Notes: generated from the sequence alone by a model not told the origin. 64,000 nt of DNA from an uncultured delta proteobacterium (GCA_963845145.1 CAWJQU010000008.1:288001-352000); one strand, 5' to 3'. Shown: positions 18,694 through 29,522, counted from the stretch's first letter. Numbers and translations: made by a program.

Positions 18694-18792
18694 CCAAATT
18701 CTCCTTTTGCATCCTCACTACTAAAACAGTTTAGGGCACCGCCGGTTTATGCACTGATTTCTATTAAATCCAAGGGGTGCAGATAGTCATCG

Positions 18793-19140
18793 TTAGGATT
18801 CATCCAAGCCCATCAAATTTTTTAGATTTTCTTTTACCGCCTGTTGATCTTTGGCCGAGAGGTCGCCTATTTTTTTTAAAATTAGGCGGCGATCTAAAGT
18901 AAAAAGCTTCATTCGAACTTTGGAAGGCGCTGGGAGCCCTGCTTTTTTAAGACTGCCTATAACGGTATCAAATGGCCATTGGGCATTTTTTGCACTTGTT
19001 ATCATTGCCAGGGCACAATTATCCGTAATATCGTTGAAACGGTCAAAATCTGACAACACCAATGCGGGTCGCCTTTTTTGAGTTTCCTGATCCGTAAAGG
19101 GAAAAGGCACAACAACAACATCAAAAATTTTATAGATCAC
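18793..19140 (-). CDS. MazF/PemK family toxin
   Basis: DVVVVPFPFTD..KRRPALVLS..AMITS..GLPAPSKVR; GTG start overlapping antitoxin end. Confidence 0.88.
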   Translation of the reverse strand: MIYKIFDVVVVPFPFTDQETQKRRPALVLSDFDRFNDITDNCALAMITSAKNAQWPFDTVIGSLKKAGLPAPSKVRMKLFTLDRRLILKKIGDLSAKDQQAVKENLKNLMGLDES

Positions 19141-19366
19141 GGTAGGCCTCTTCATCATTTTTAGACAACCACTCTGAAAGTGTGCCTTCAAGCGCCATCG
19201 CAAATTCAAAATCAATCGGGGTTGCTTTACGAATTGTAACCCGATCTTTTGTATCGATTTCAAAAGCCACCGAGTCGCCAGGCAAGAGCCCTAAAATTTT
19301 TCTAACTTTTCCAGGGATCGTTGCCTGGCTTTTAGTGGTGAGTTTACTCGTTATTGCGGGGTCCAT
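19130..19366 (-). CDS. AbrB/MazE family antitoxin
   Basis: SKLTTKSQATIPGKVRKILGLLPGDSVAF; EWLSKNDEEAYRDL tail. Confidence 0.88.
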   Translation of the reverse strand: MDPAITSKLTTKSQATIPGKVRKILGLLPGDSVAFEIDTKDRVTIRKATPIDFEFAMALEGTLSEWLSKNDEEAYRDL

Positions 19367-19408
19367 TTTCCACTCCTTCAATATAGCGTAGCCTATTGCT
19401 TATTGAGA

Positions 19409-19440
19409 ATTACCGTAATACCGTATTACAGTAATGTCAA
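19409..19440 (-). promoter_or_regulatory. mazEF-like promoter with double palindromic operator
   Basis: ATTACCGTAAT and ATTACAGTAAT overlap TTGACA-17 bp-TACGGT. Confidence 0.7.
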
Positions 19441-19506
19441 TGTGCTTTCTATGTTGACGATTCGTTACATCCGGTCTGCCATACAAGTTAGGCGCAACTT
19501 GAGTGG

Positions 19507-20253
19507 TTACAGTCCGACGCGTCCATCATCATCTATCAGGCGTTGAATGTCCGGCGCGAATTTCGGGGAACGAAAATGACGGAGCTTTGAAGTCTCAGAC
19601 GTCTTGATGGATAGGCTTGCGGCGTGCAGGGCCAGGCGGGTGAAATGGTGGTTCTCCGCCAGGTAACGGCAGGCCCGTTTTGAGCCGTAGCGCAAATCAC
19701 CAAGTACGGGATGTCCGGCCAGGGCGGCATGGCGACGAATTTGGTGCTTACGGCCGGTAACCAGGATACATTTTAAAAGGGTGTAATGCCGGCTCTGTTT
19801 AAGCGTTTTAAACCGGGTGGTGCAGGCCACTCGCTTGCCTTTGCCCTGGATATGGGTGCGCCCGGCAGCCTTTTTGGTCAATTTCCAGTGCCACTCTCCC
19901 CACGCTTCGCCGGGAGTGATGGGAACAGTACCATGGACCACGGCCAAATATTCTTTTTTCACCAACCCCTGTTCAAACTGTTCTGACAGGAATTTTAACA
20001 CATCACGACGACCGGCCAAAAGAACAAGGCCGCTGGTCTCACGGTCCAACCGGTTCACGGCGTGGAGACCGAATGCGTGATCCAGACCGATCATGTCGTC
20101 GGCCTGGAGATAGTGGGCCAGCTGAGAGCATAGATCCTGCCCCGGATCATTGTGAACCGTGATCCCGGACGGCTTTTCAACCGCCATCCATCCCGGACCA
20201 TGAGCGATCACCTTAAAAGGTTGCTTGTGCCCGGTGCTTTGGGACACGGTCAT
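19507..20253 (-). CDS. RluA family pseudouridine synthase
   Basis: KPSG, NRLDRETSG, TGRKHQIRRH, GHPVLGD.RYG, LALHA. Confidence 0.92.
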   Translation of the reverse strand: MTVSQSTGHKQPFKVIAHGPGWMAVEKPSGITVHNDPGQDLCSQLAHYLQADDMIGLDHAFGLHAVNRLDRETSGLVLLAGRRDVLKFLSEQFEQGLVKKEYLAVVHGTVPITPGEAWGEWHWKLTKKAAGRTHIQGKGKRVACTTRFKTLKQSRHYTLLKCILVTGRKHQIRRHAALAGHPVLGDLRYGSKRACRYLAENHHFTRLALHAASLSIKTSETSKLRHFRSPKFAPDIQRLIDDDGRVGL

Positions 20254-20256
20254 TAT

Positions 20257-20679
20257 TTATCCCATCTCGATCAAATTGCGAATGGCAGTAATATTGAAAA
20301 CAACACCTGCCGCAATCATCTTCGCTGCTTCGGTACCGGCCGCCTCGGCAATTTTTGCCCGCACACCGTCTACCACCGGCCCCTCTTTTTCAATGGTACG
20401 GGCTTCCAAAGATAGCCTGTATCCGGGGGTTTGAAACGACACCGGACCTTCGGCAACGACAAAAAAGACAGCCTTCGGGTTCTCCTCCAGATTCTTTAGG
20501 GTGCGGTTATTCCCAAGCCCCATAACCAGGGTGCCGTCTTCCATGAGCCGGGGACTCCCAAAGTAAGCTACATTGGGCTCTCCGGTGGCACTGGCTGTGG
20601 CAAGAACACCGATACGGCCCGGTTTGTTGGCGATCTCTAAGATCTCCTTGCTAATGTCGACCATTTTTTTTCCTTTCAA
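20257..20679 (-). CDS. Pyridoxamine 5'-phosphate oxidase-like FMN-binding protein
   Basis: VLATASATGEPNVA, RTLKNLEENPKA. Confidence 0.8.
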   Translation of the reverse strand: MKGKKMVDISKEILEIANKPGRIGVLATASATGEPNVAYFGSPRLMEDGTLVMGLGNNRTLKNLEENPKAVFFVVAEGPVSFQTPGYRLSLEARTIEKEGPVVDGVRAKIAEAAGTEAAKMIAAGVVFNITAIRNLIEMG

Positions 20680-20788
20680 CTTGTTGGGTTAGCACGATTT
20701 TTATCAGGTTCGAAAGGTGTGTGTTTTGAATGACATATTAATCAGAACCTATTTAAATCGCAGGAAATATACGCACCGTCTCTATTTG

Positions 20789-21970
20789 TTAAAAAATACT
20801 CAGGGCCTGTTCCAAATCGGCAATCAGGTCATCCGTATCCTCGATGCCGGTTGAATAACGAATCAGGCTTTCGGGAATACCCATGGCCGCCCGCTCCCCG
20901 GCCGTACATTCCACATGGCTGGTGGTAGCCGGCGGCCCTACAATGGTTTCTACGGAACCCAAATTAGCCGCGGAATGGCTGTAGCGCAAACGGGGCAGAA
21001 AACGACGCACCGCATCGAAGTTGTTTTCCTTTAACATGAAACTTAAGACCCCGCCGAAACCCCGCATTTGACGGGCGGCAATCTCGTAGCCTTCATGAGA
21101 TTTCAACCCCGGATAAAAGACCCTTTCGATGGCGGCATGATCCGCCAGAAAGCGGGCGATCTGGAGCGCGCTTTCATTTTGCTGTCGAATCCGCAAATGG
21201 AGGGTTTTCATTCCGCGCAACAACAGGTACGCCGCCATGGGGTGTAGTGTGGCGCCGTTTATTTCACGAAAATGGTAGATCCGGTCGATCAGATCTTGCC
21301 GCCCGCAAATGACGCCGCCCAGGGCATCGGCATGCCCGCCAAGAAACTTGGTGGCGCTGTGCAAAACCAGGTCGGCCCCAAGCGTTAGGGGCGTCTGGTT
21401 GATCGGTGTGGCAAACGTATTGTCCACGATAACCGTTGCATCCACCTTGTGTGCGGCTTTGGACAGGCGGGCCAGATCGACGATCTTAATGGTCGGATTG
21501 GTGGGGCTTTCCAGGTATAACAGGTCGCAGCCTTTGGCCACTTCCTTCTCGATCTCGGCGTGATCCGTCGTATGGCATAATGTGACTTCGATATTATACC
21601 GGGGTAAAAATTCGGTAAAGATAACATTGGTGCCGCCGTAGGTATCCCTGACCGATACCACGCGACGGCCGGGCGCCAACAGTGCAAAAAGCGTACTGCT
21701 GATAATCCCCATGCCGGTGGATGCGCTTGTTGCCGCTTGGGCACCTTCCAGATCGCGTATTTTCGCTTCAAAAACGTCGACCGTGGGATTGGTGTTGCGC
21801 CCGTAAATGTGCCCGGCTTTTTCGCCCTGGGCTACCTCAAGCCATTCGTCCATATCCGGATATCCGAATGAGACACTGTGGACTACCGGCACTTGCGTCG
21901 CTCCGTGCATCCAGCGTGTCTCTTCACCCGCCCATACGGAACGGGTTCCTGTTCCGGCCGGTTTTATCAT
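20789..21970 (-). CDS. Cystathionine gamma-synthase/lyase family PLP enzyme
   Basis: YGRNTNPT, ESPTNP, VDNTFATP, HSATKFLGGH. Confidence 0.92.
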   Translation of the reverse strand: MIKPAGTGTRSVWAGEETRWMHGATQVPVVHSVSFGYPDMDEWLEVAQGEKAGHIYGRNTNPTVDVFEAKIRDLEGAQAATSASTGMGIISSTLFALLAPGRRVVSVRDTYGGTNVIFTEFLPRYNIEVTLCHTTDHAEIEKEVAKGCDLLYLESPTNPTIKIVDLARLSKAAHKVDATVIVDNTFATPINQTPLTLGADLVLHSATKFLGGHADALGGVICGRQDLIDRIYHFREINGATLHPMAAYLLLRGMKTLHLRIRQQNESALQIARFLADHAAIERVFYPGLKSHEGYEIAARQMRGFGGVLSFMLKENNFDAVRRFLPRLRYSHSAANLGSVETIVGPPATTSHVECTAGERAAMGIPESLIRYSTGIEDTDDLIADLEQALSIF

Positions 21971-22482
21971 TTATTTATCCTTTTATCCCCTTTTGGGCGG
22001 TCCACCACGGCCAGCGTCACGGTCGCCTTGGAAACCAATTTTCGGGGTACTCCGGGCCCTTCGCAATACACTTCCGATTCGGCGACGATAAGACGCCGAC
22101 CGGGTTTTAAGATCGTGGCGATGCATGCCAGGCGATTACCCTTAGCCACCCGCAACAAATTGATTTTAAATTCGGCAGACAAAATGACTTTGCCCTTGGC
22201 GATAACCGTCGATGCGGCCGCCCCGGCTGTGTGATCCGCAATGGCCGCCTGAACCGCGGCATGAACGTAGCCATCCTGCTGAAGATGCCGATCTTCTATG
22301 GCCAATCGGGTTTCGCATTTTCCCGGCTCAAAATGAACCGACCGAATGCCCAGCGCATTAACAAACGGTGCCTCATTTAAAATTCGATTGGTTTCCGTTA
22401 CGTAGTCCGGGTTGTTCGGTACCATCTTCATAAACTGGCTCATCGATGCTGTTTCTGTCGTCGGGTCGTCTTTGAAGGCCAC
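21967..22482 (-). CDS. PaaI family thioesterase
   Basis: QQDGYVHA..ADHTAG..EFKINLLR. Confidence 0.85.
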   Translation of the reverse strand: MAFKDDPTTETASMSQFMKMVPNNPDYVTETNRILNEAPFVNALGIRSVHFEPGKCETRLAIEDRHLQQDGYVHAAVQAAIADHTAGAAASTVIAKGKVILSAEFKINLLRVAKGNRLACIATILKPGRRLIVAESEVYCEGPGVPRKLVSKATVTLAVVDRPKGDKRINK

Positions 22483-22674
22483 GCCGCTTTATCCACATAT
22501 CCACATATCATCGATAATCGCTATAATGCAATTTTTACTTGCGATTGCCCTGGGTGGCTATTTGCGCCCTCTTTACCCCACTTGGCTTTCCTGATATGTT
22601 TGCCTGATCGTAATCAATTTTCTAAAAGATCCTTTGGGATTAATCGATAATATTTTAGGAAGAAAGAGGTAATC

Positions 22675-23112
22675 ATGATTTTCGTCGGTAACTTTTTGGT
22701 TTTAACCGATCAGGAAAAGATCCAGGAAACAGAACGACGCCATGGTGAGTTTAACCTGATCGTTGAGGCGCCCAATGCACCGGATGCACTCGTTCACTTT
22801 AAAGACTGCATCGTGGCGCATCGTCGCAGTAGCGATTTCTTTCAGGGTGACTGTTCGTTTTTTCTGATTCAGCTGCTCGAGTTTAATCGCCTCCCCACCC
22901 ACGGCGCCATGCTGCTAACCTATAAATCTACCGTGGGGGACCCATCGCTACCCTACATCAGCTGTCTGGTTCCGGGCCGGGAGACGGATGGTTGCCGTAT
23001 TTTTGACTGGGAGGGTAAACGCCCCCAGATCGATGGCCACGCTGAAAATCTCTTTTTAGAATTCAAGGCCGGTGCCGATGTCGCACCTGAACAGATTGAG
23101 GCAAAGGAATAA
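22675..23112 (+). CDS. Hypothetical protein
   Basis: 145 aa ORF, AGAGG RBS, first of three co-oriented genes. Confidence 0.7.
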   Translation: MIFVGNFLVLTDQEKIQETERRHGEFNLIVEAPNAPDALVHFKDCIVAHRRSSDFFQGDCSFFLIQLLEFNRLPTHGAMLLTYKSTVGDPSLPYISCLVPGRETDGCRIFDWEGKRPQIDGHAENLFLEFKAGADVAPEQIEAKE

Positions 23113-23119
23113 TAACCCC

Positions 23120-23341
23120 ATGGTTGCTGAAACCGACATAGTCACGGTTCGGGTCAACGTTGATCTTCCTGCCAAGGCTTTGCAAACGATCGTCCAAACC
23201 CTGAAGACAATGGTCGGGCCTGATGATAAGGGCCATTACCGTGTAGATACGGCGGACAAAACCGGAGAAATCATATCCCGATTTCTGCATGAAAATGGGT
23301 TTGGGGAATATGTAAATAACCCGGAAAAATACTCCGTGTGA
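23120..23341 (+). CDS. Small hypothetical protein
   Basis: MVAETDIVTVRVNV..; AAGGA upstream; stop overlaps next start. Confidence 0.65.
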   Translation: MVAETDIVTVRVNVDLPAKALQTIVQTLKTMVGPDDKGHYRVDTADKTGEIISRFLHENGFGEYVNNPEKYSV

Positions 23342-24246
23342 ACCATCCGCCCATCCGCTTTGATCGTTATGGTCTGCAATGGTTCCACGCCGTTTCACGG
23401 TGGATATGGGTAAGCTTCATTTTACTATCGAGTGTCGCACCCATTGATTTAACGCCGCTGATACCAGCCTCGATAGTGGGGGCAACTTTCCTTCAGCCGC
23501 ACGTCTACGCGCAAAGCCAGGCCCCAAAATTATGGCCTAAAAACCTGGACACCTCCCACCCGCCTCTTTTTTATTGCCGGATTGTTCGTTCCTACCCGCA
23601 TGACCCCGAGGCATTTACGCAGGGGTTGATCTTTTCGGACGGTTTTTTTTTCGAGGGGACAGGACTCAATGGGCGTTCATCGTTACGCAAAGTGGAACCG
23701 ATAACGGGTCGGGTGGTAAAGATAAAATCCCTGCCCAACCGCTATTTCGGAGAGGGAATTGCCAGATTCAAGGATCGCTTGATTCAGCTTACCTGGAAAG
23801 CGGGAACTGTATTCAGCTACGATATTTACTCTTTTCAGGTTTTGGATACGCTCTCCTGGCCCCGCGAAGGCTGGGGAATCACCACCGATCATACCCACCT
23901 GATCATCAGCGACGGCACCCATAAACTCTATTTTCTCGATCCGGATACATTTACAGTTTCGCGCACACTTCCGGTGATGTCTGACAATGGGCCGGTAAGC
24001 CGATTAAATGAGTTGGAGTGGGTGGAGGGGGTCATTCTGGCCAATGTGTGGCAAACAGATAAAATTGCCGTTATCGAACCCCAAACCGGCCGGGTCGCCG
24101 CCTGGATCAGTATGGCCGGGTTGGCCGCTGCCCCCCGGCGGGGTGTGCCCAACGGCATCGCCTATGATTACCAAAGCCGACGGCTATATGTCACCGGAAA
24201 AAGGTGGCCCCAAATCTTTGAAGTGACATTGTCTGCGAAACAATAA
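23338..24246 (+). CDS. Glutaminyl-peptide cyclotransferase (plant/bacterial type)
   Basis: YPHDPEAFTQGL, YFGEGI, EGWG, LNELE, NGIAYD, VTGKRWP. Confidence 0.92.
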   Translation: MNHPPIRFDRYGLQWFHAVSRWIWVSFILLSSVAPIDLTPLIPASIVGATFLQPHVYAQSQAPKLWPKNLDTSHPPLFYCRIVRSYPHDPEAFTQGLIFSDGFFFEGTGLNGRSSLRKVEPITGRVVKIKSLPNRYFGEGIARFKDRLIQLTWKAGTVFSYDIYSFQVLDTLSWPREGWGITTDHTHLIISDGTHKLYFLDPDTFTVSRTLPVMSDNGPVSRLNELEWVEGVILANVWQTDKIAVIEPQTGRVAAWISMAGLAAAPRRGVPNGIAYDYQSRRLYVTGKRWPQIFEVTLSAKQ

Positions 24247-24257
24247 AAGGGTGCCCG

Positions 24258-25262
24258 CTATTGCCGGTTCATTAAAAAAGAAATCAGCATGGCAGGATCT
24301 TCAAATACATGTCTGGCGCCGGCTGCCGTCAGCCTGGCTTTAAGTTCGGTTGGGTCAGGTGCCGTGGCCGTAAATCCGATCCCATTATAGTTATCACGCG
24401 CATTCGATGCGGCAACCATATCATCGGGCATATCGCCCACATAATATCGTTTCTCCGGTAACGGCTCGATCATTTGGGTCATCATATTTAACATGAACGG
24501 GTCCGGTTTGCTCAATGAGCGCGTGACGCCGTCGCGCGCCAAATATTTTTTCTCAGCCGCCAGACAATCATCAAGGGTCACAACCCTGTCAAAAAAGGGG
24601 GCCAACCCAAAAACCGACAACGGATAGATCGCCTCGGCACGGGGACGCCCTGTGGCAATCGCCAGGCAATTTTTCTCAGCCAGTTCACGAATACTATTTT
24701 TTTCTATTATTAGTTTTTCCGTATGGTTAAGTCCGGTATCCTTATGTAAAACCGGAGCACAACTATATGTCTCCGAAAAGAGGCTTTCCCCCAGATAAAT
24801 TTCCTGAAAAATCTGCTTGATAACATTGCCGCTGCCCACATCGCCCTGATACATGCCGGCCACAAAATCGTTGACAGGGGTCGTTTGGTCGCTCAACAAC
24901 CGGGTCAGGGGCCGATCAACGGTATTTAAGAATTCGGTCAAAGGGGCCGCGTCCCAGCGGGAGACGGTTTGCCGGTAAATTGACCACTTGTCCCCTTTTT
25001 CAATCGCTGAATCTGAATGACCGACCCGACGGCAAAGCAACTGAATGACACGGTAAGTCAGATCCCAATCATTATTTAACCCACCGCTCTGCTTGACGGC
25101 GGCCAACTCAGCTAATGAAAACAGTGGATCGGGCAGGCCGCCCCCTCCTTTGGCTTCGGCTAAAAAAACCCGCGCCGTTTGCCGAACCGTCTCCCGATAG
25201 GAGGTCGAGACGTCAATGAGAACGCCATCCATGTCAAAAACGATTAATGCTTTTTTTGTCAA
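24258..25262 (-). CDS. HAD-family hydrolase
   Basis: FDMDGVLID, NNDWD, ATGRP, KPDP, VGDMPDD. Confidence 0.85.
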   Translation of the reverse strand: MTKKALIVFDMDGVLIDVSTSYRETVRQTARVFLAEAKGGGGLPDPLFSLAELAAVKQSGGLNNDWDLTYRVIQLLCRRVGHSDSAIEKGDKWSIYRQTVSRWDAAPLTEFLNTVDRPLTRLLSDQTTPVNDFVAGMYQGDVGSGNVIKQIFQEIYLGESLFSETYSCAPVLHKDTGLNHTEKLIIEKNSIRELAEKNCLAIATGRPRAEAIYPLSVFGLAPFFDRVVTLDDCLAAEKKYLARDGVTRSLSKPDPFMLNMMTQMIEPLPEKRYYVGDMPDDMVAASNARDNYNGIGFTATAPDPTELKARLTAAGARHVFEDPAMLISFLMNRQ

Positions 25263-25356
25263 TTATCTATACTTCCTATATTTTTAATAACTTAACAGTA
25301 TTATTTAAATGAATGGACGAAGCCTATAATAGCATTGTCAGATGGGTGCATCCAGA

Positions 25357-26082
25357 TTAAAAAAGCCGGTTAGCGTGGACTGAAGGAAGACCGGCATCGA
25401 TGATTTTATTGGCTGTCATTACGATATCGTACTGGACAAAGCGGACTTCCAATGTACCGGCCGCGTCGTCAAAGATAACATATTTCGCCCGATTGTCCGT
25501 GTCTCGAGGTTGGCCCACACTGCCGACGTTGATAATATATTGATTCGACGGATCGATATCGATAAGACCCCGGCGCAGAGGCCGCCGTTCTATTTTTTTA
25601 CCATTATTTACGACGATTTCCAGACGATGGGAATGCCCGACAAAACACAACCGATCCATGTGCTCTTTAAAAGTGTGGTCAAGTCGCCATGGTTCGACGT
25701 CAAATAGATACGTCGTCACCGAATCGGGTGGAAACCCGTGAACAAAAGTGTGCCCGTTAAATACGATCGCTTCTTCCAATGTTTTAATAAATGTCACAGA
25801 ATCATCGGAAAGCATATCGCGGGTTTTGTTCAGAGATTCTCTGGCCATAGGATTGAACCACTTGAGAAGCTCGGGTTCCAATAAGGCCAACTCATGATTG
25901 CCCATAATGCTGGGAATGCCCCGGGCCGTAATGCATTCCAAAACTGCTTCTGAATCGGGGCCGTACCCGATGTTATCCCCCAGATTGATGATTTTATCCA
26001 TCTGGTGGTCATCAATATCAGCCAATACCTGAGAAAGGGCTTCTAAGTTACCGTGAATATCCGAAATTATGGCCAACCGCAT
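25357..26082 (-). CDS. Metallophosphoesterase
   Basis: SDIHGN, LGDNIGYG, GNHE, GHSH, NVGSVGQPRD. Confidence 0.92.
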   Translation of the reverse strand: MRLAIISDIHGNLEALSQVLADIDDHQMDKIINLGDNIGYGPDSEAVLECITARGIPSIMGNHELALLEPELLKWFNPMARESLNKTRDMLSDDSVTFIKTLEEAIVFNGHTFVHGFPPDSVTTYLFDVEPWRLDHTFKEHMDRLCFVGHSHRLEIVVNNGKKIERRPLRRGLIDIDPSNQYIINVGSVGQPRDTDNRAKYVIFDDAAGTLEVRFVQYDIVMTANKIIDAGLPSVHANRLF

Positions 26083-26088
26083 CGCCGT

Positions 26089-26871
26089 CTATCTCCCCAT
26101 ACCGGACAGATACCACAGGATGATTTCCGGACCGAAAAAAATAAAACCGATGGCGCCCACCGAAAGAAAGGGCCCGAAGGGAATCGCCAGTTTCATTTTC
26201 TCTCCTGACCCGCGCATGGCGGCGATCCCGGTCACCGCACCCAAAAGAGAGCCGAAAAACACGGTAAACAACACGCCCTGCCAGCCACAAAGCGCACCAA
26301 TCATCGCCAGCAGCTTGATATCGCCGCCGCCCATCCCCTCCTTGCCCGTAATCGTGGAATACCCAATGGCCACCAACAGCAGACTTCCACCGCCGGCAAG
26401 AATGCCGATCAGAGACGTTTGCCAGGTCATTTGCGGTAAAAAAAGGGCCGCGATAAACGCCAGGGGGATTCCGGGCAGGGTGATACGATCAGGAATGATG
26501 CGATGATCAATATCGATAAACGTAATAACGATTAATACGACCGTAAATAAAAAATAGATAGCTGTCTCAGTAGAAAGACCGAATTTTGCCACAAGGGCCA
26601 TGGCGAACCCACCGGCCAACAGCTCTACGGCCGGGTAACGCCAGGGAATCCGAGCGTCACAATCCCGGCAACGTCCCCTTAACATCAGCCAACCAAACAC
26701 GGGGATATTATCATATATACGTATAGATGTGCCGCATTGGGGACAGTGTGAAGCGGGAAATACAATGGATTTACCGGTCGGCAGTCGATAGATGCATACG
26801 TTGAGAAAACTACCGATGCACAAGCCGAAGACGAGAACCACAACATAAATGGCGATAACGGGCATAACCAT
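26089..26871 (-). CDS. pilD: Prepilin peptidase
   Basis: GSFLNVCIYRLP, two CxxC, MGGGDIKL, IPFGPFL. Confidence 0.95.
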   Translation of the reverse strand: MVMPVIAIYVVVLVFGLCIGSFLNVCIYRLPTGKSIVFPASHCPQCGTSIRIYDNIPVFGWLMLRGRCRDCDARIPWRYPAVELLAGGFAMALVAKFGLSTETAIYFLFTVVLIVITFIDIDHRIIPDRITLPGIPLAFIAALFLPQMTWQTSLIGILAGGGSLLLVAIGYSTITGKEGMGGGDIKLLAMIGALCGWQGVLFTVFFGSLLGAVTGIAAMRGSGEKMKLAIPFGPFLSVGAIGFIFFGPEIILWYLSGMGR

Positions 26872-27131
26872 GGCCAGAGAACGTAATGGGCTTAGGATTA
26901 AAAATCAAGTATCATATTCTCAAAAGTCTAGCGTCAAACGCATATTGTCTTATCCGTATTGTCAATAACTGTATTGTCAAATTAGGATCATGTCTTATTA
27001 TATACTGTTCTGTCACTTTCGAAATGGTCCAGTGGGCCCAAGATCAGGCACGGCAAGTCGCCTAAGACGGGTTAACCACTGGAACATATTGTGTATTTAA
27101 TAGATTACCCGATAGATAATCAGGAGCTTTC

Positions 27132-29522
27132 ATGGCCGAAACGGACAAAGATGATTTGATTGGCATTATTGAGGACGCGATTGACTTGGAAAAGCTTCCA
27201 ACCGTGGTTCCTTTGATGCCGGTCCGTGATGTTGTTGTTTTCAGCGATATGCTGCTGCCGCTCTTTGTCGGACGGGAACGTTCGGTACGGGCGTTGGAGG
27301 AAGCCGTCGAGAAAGGTGGCTATATATTACTATGTGCCCAAAGAAATCCGGCGGTGGAAGACCCGGACGCTGATGATATATTTCGGACCGGCACTATCAG
27401 CCGAATTTTACGCGTTTTAAAATTGCCGGATGGACAAATGAAGGCCCTGGTTCAGGGCTTGAGCCGCGCCAAGATCGAGCGGTACACCCGCAAGCGTTCT
27501 TTTTACCGCGTAAAACTATCCCTCATTACCGAACCGGCCGTGGAGGAGATCAGTGTCGAGATGGAGGCATTGATGCGCAATGCCCGTGATCATTCGGAAA
27601 AAATTATGACGTTCCGGGGAGAGATGACCAGTGAGATTAGAGGGATCCTTGATAGCATTCAGGATCCTGGACGACTGGCCGACGTGATAGCCTCCAACCT
27701 GCGCATGAAAATCGATGAAGCGCAGATGCTGCTGGATATCATCGATCCGGTTGAGCGGTTGACCAAGGTCAGCGATTTTTTGCTCCGCGAAGTGGAGCTC
27801 TCCTCCATTCAGGCCAAAATTCAATCCAGTGTTAAAGATGAAATCTCCAAAAGCCAGCGGGACTATTTCCTGCGTGAGCAAATGCGCGCCATCCACCGTG
27901 AACTGGGCGAAACAGATGATAAATCCCGGGAAATCGATGAATATGGGGCTAAAATAAAAAATGCCAAAATGCCCCTTAAGGCCAGGGATGAAGCCAAACG
28001 CCAGCTGAAACGGCTGGATCAGATGCACCCGGATTCGGCGGAATCAACGGTTATCAGGACGTATCTTGATTGGCTGGTGGAAATGCCCTGGAGCCGTTCG
28101 TCCAAGGGAAAAATCGATATGTTGCGGGCCAAAAAAGTACTCGATTCTGAGCATTACGGTCTGGAAAAGGTTAAAGATCGCATTTTGGAATACTTAGCGG
28201 TACGCAGGCTCAACCCAAGACTTAAGGGTGCTATTCTCTGTTTTGTCGGACCACCGGGTGTCGGCAAAACCTCCTTGGGTCGTGCTATCGCCAAGGCCAT
28301 GAAGCGCAAATTTGTGCGTATTTCACTGGGTGGTATTCGCGATGAAGCTGAAATCCGAGGCCACCGCAGAACCTATATCGGCGCACTGCCCGGCCGCGTC
28401 TTGCAAGGCTTAAAACAGTGCGGCACCAATAACCCGGTTTTCATGATGGATGAGATTGACAAACTTGGTGCCGATTTTCGAGGGGACCCTTCCTCCGCAT
28501 TGTTGGAAGCCCTGGACCCCGAACAAAACAATGCATTCAGTGACCATTATCTCAACGTACCCTTCGACCTCTCCAATGTGATGTTTATCCTGACGGCCAA
28601 CATGACCGATACGATCCCCTCTGCCTTATTGGACCGCATGGAAGTCATCGAACTTTCCGGTTATACGGAGGAGGAGAAATTGGCGATTGCCGAACGGTTC
28701 CTGGTGCCACGTCAGGTCAAGGAAAACGGCTTGAAAAAACGACACCTTTCCCTTGGTGAGGCTGCCCTCACGGAAATGATCCGTTCGTACACCTCTGAAG
28801 CGGGCCTCAGGAATCTGGAAAGAGAGATAAGTGCCATCTGTCGCAAGATTGCCCGGGGCCTCTCCGAAGGTAAAAAAGGGACCTCTTCCATCACCCGCCG
28901 AAACCTGGAAAAATATCTGGGGGTGGCCAAATTTTTTCCGGAAATGAACGAAACGGAAAACCAGGTGGGCTTGGCGACCGGATTGGCCTGGACCTCAGCT
29001 GGGGGTGAAATTTTACACATTGAGGCCACCCTTATCGGTGGCAAAGGCGATTTAATCGTTACCGGACAATTGGGTGACGTCATGCAGGAATCCGCGCGGG
29101 CCGCATTAAGTTATGCCCGTGCCAATATGGGTAAACTCGGCATTAGAAAAAGTATCCTCGACAATGCCGATATTCACCTCCATGTCCCTGCCGGCGCGAT
29201 TCCCAAAGATGGCCCTTCAGCAGGCATCGCCATGGCCACGGCTTTAATCTCAACACTTTCCAACAAAGCCGTGGATCATCGCATCGCCATGACCGGCGAG
29301 GTTACCCTGCGCGGGCGGGTATTGCCCATCGGTGGTTTAAAAGAAAAAGCCCTGGGGGCCTTACGGGCCGGCATCCGAACCATCCTTATTCCGGATTTGA
29401 ACCAGCGTGAATTGGTCGAAATACCGGCAAAAATCAGACGTAAAATAAAATTTGTGCCGGTTAAAACCATGGACGATGTCATCCCCATAGCCATTCCAAA
29501 AGCCCGCAAACCGGCCGCCTGA
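27132..29522 (+). CDS. lon: ATP-dependent Lon protease
   Basis: GPPGVGKTS, GHRRTYIGA, PKDGPSAG, IGGLKEK. Confidence 0.97.
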   Translation: MAETDKDDLIGIIEDAIDLEKLPTVVPLMPVRDVVVFSDMLLPLFVGRERSVRALEEAVEKGGYILLCAQRNPAVEDPDADDIFRTGTISRILRVLKLPDGQMKALVQGLSRAKIERYTRKRSFYRVKLSLITEPAVEEISVEMEALMRNARDHSEKIMTFRGEMTSEIRGILDSIQDPGRLADVIASNLRMKIDEAQMLLDIIDPVERLTKVSDFLLREVELSSIQAKIQSSVKDEISKSQRDYFLREQMRAIHRELGETDDKSREIDEYGAKIKNAKMPLKARDEAKRQLKRLDQMHPDSAESTVIRTYLDWLVEMPWSRSSKGKIDMLRAKKVLDSEHYGLEKVKDRILEYLAVRRLNPRLKGAILCFVGPPGVGKTSLGRAIAKAMKRKFVRISLGGIRDEAEIRGHRRTYIGALPGRVLQGLKQCGTNNPVFMMDEIDKLGADFRGDPSSALLEALDPEQNNAFSDHYLNVPFDLSNVMFILTANMTDTIPSALLDRMEVIELSGYTEEEKLAIAERFLVPRQVKENGLKKRHLSLGEAALTEMIRSYTSEAGLRNLEREISAICRKIARGLSEGKKGTSSITRRNLEKYLGVAKFFPEMNETENQVGLATGLAWTSAGGEILHIEATLIGGKGDLIVTGQLGDVMQESARAALSYARANMGKLGIRKSILDNADIHLHVPAGAIPKDGPSAGIAMATALISTLSNKAVDHRIAMTGEVTLRGRVLPIGGLKEKALGALRAGIRTILIPDLNQRELVEIPAKIRRKIKFVPVKTMDDVIPIAIPKARKPAA

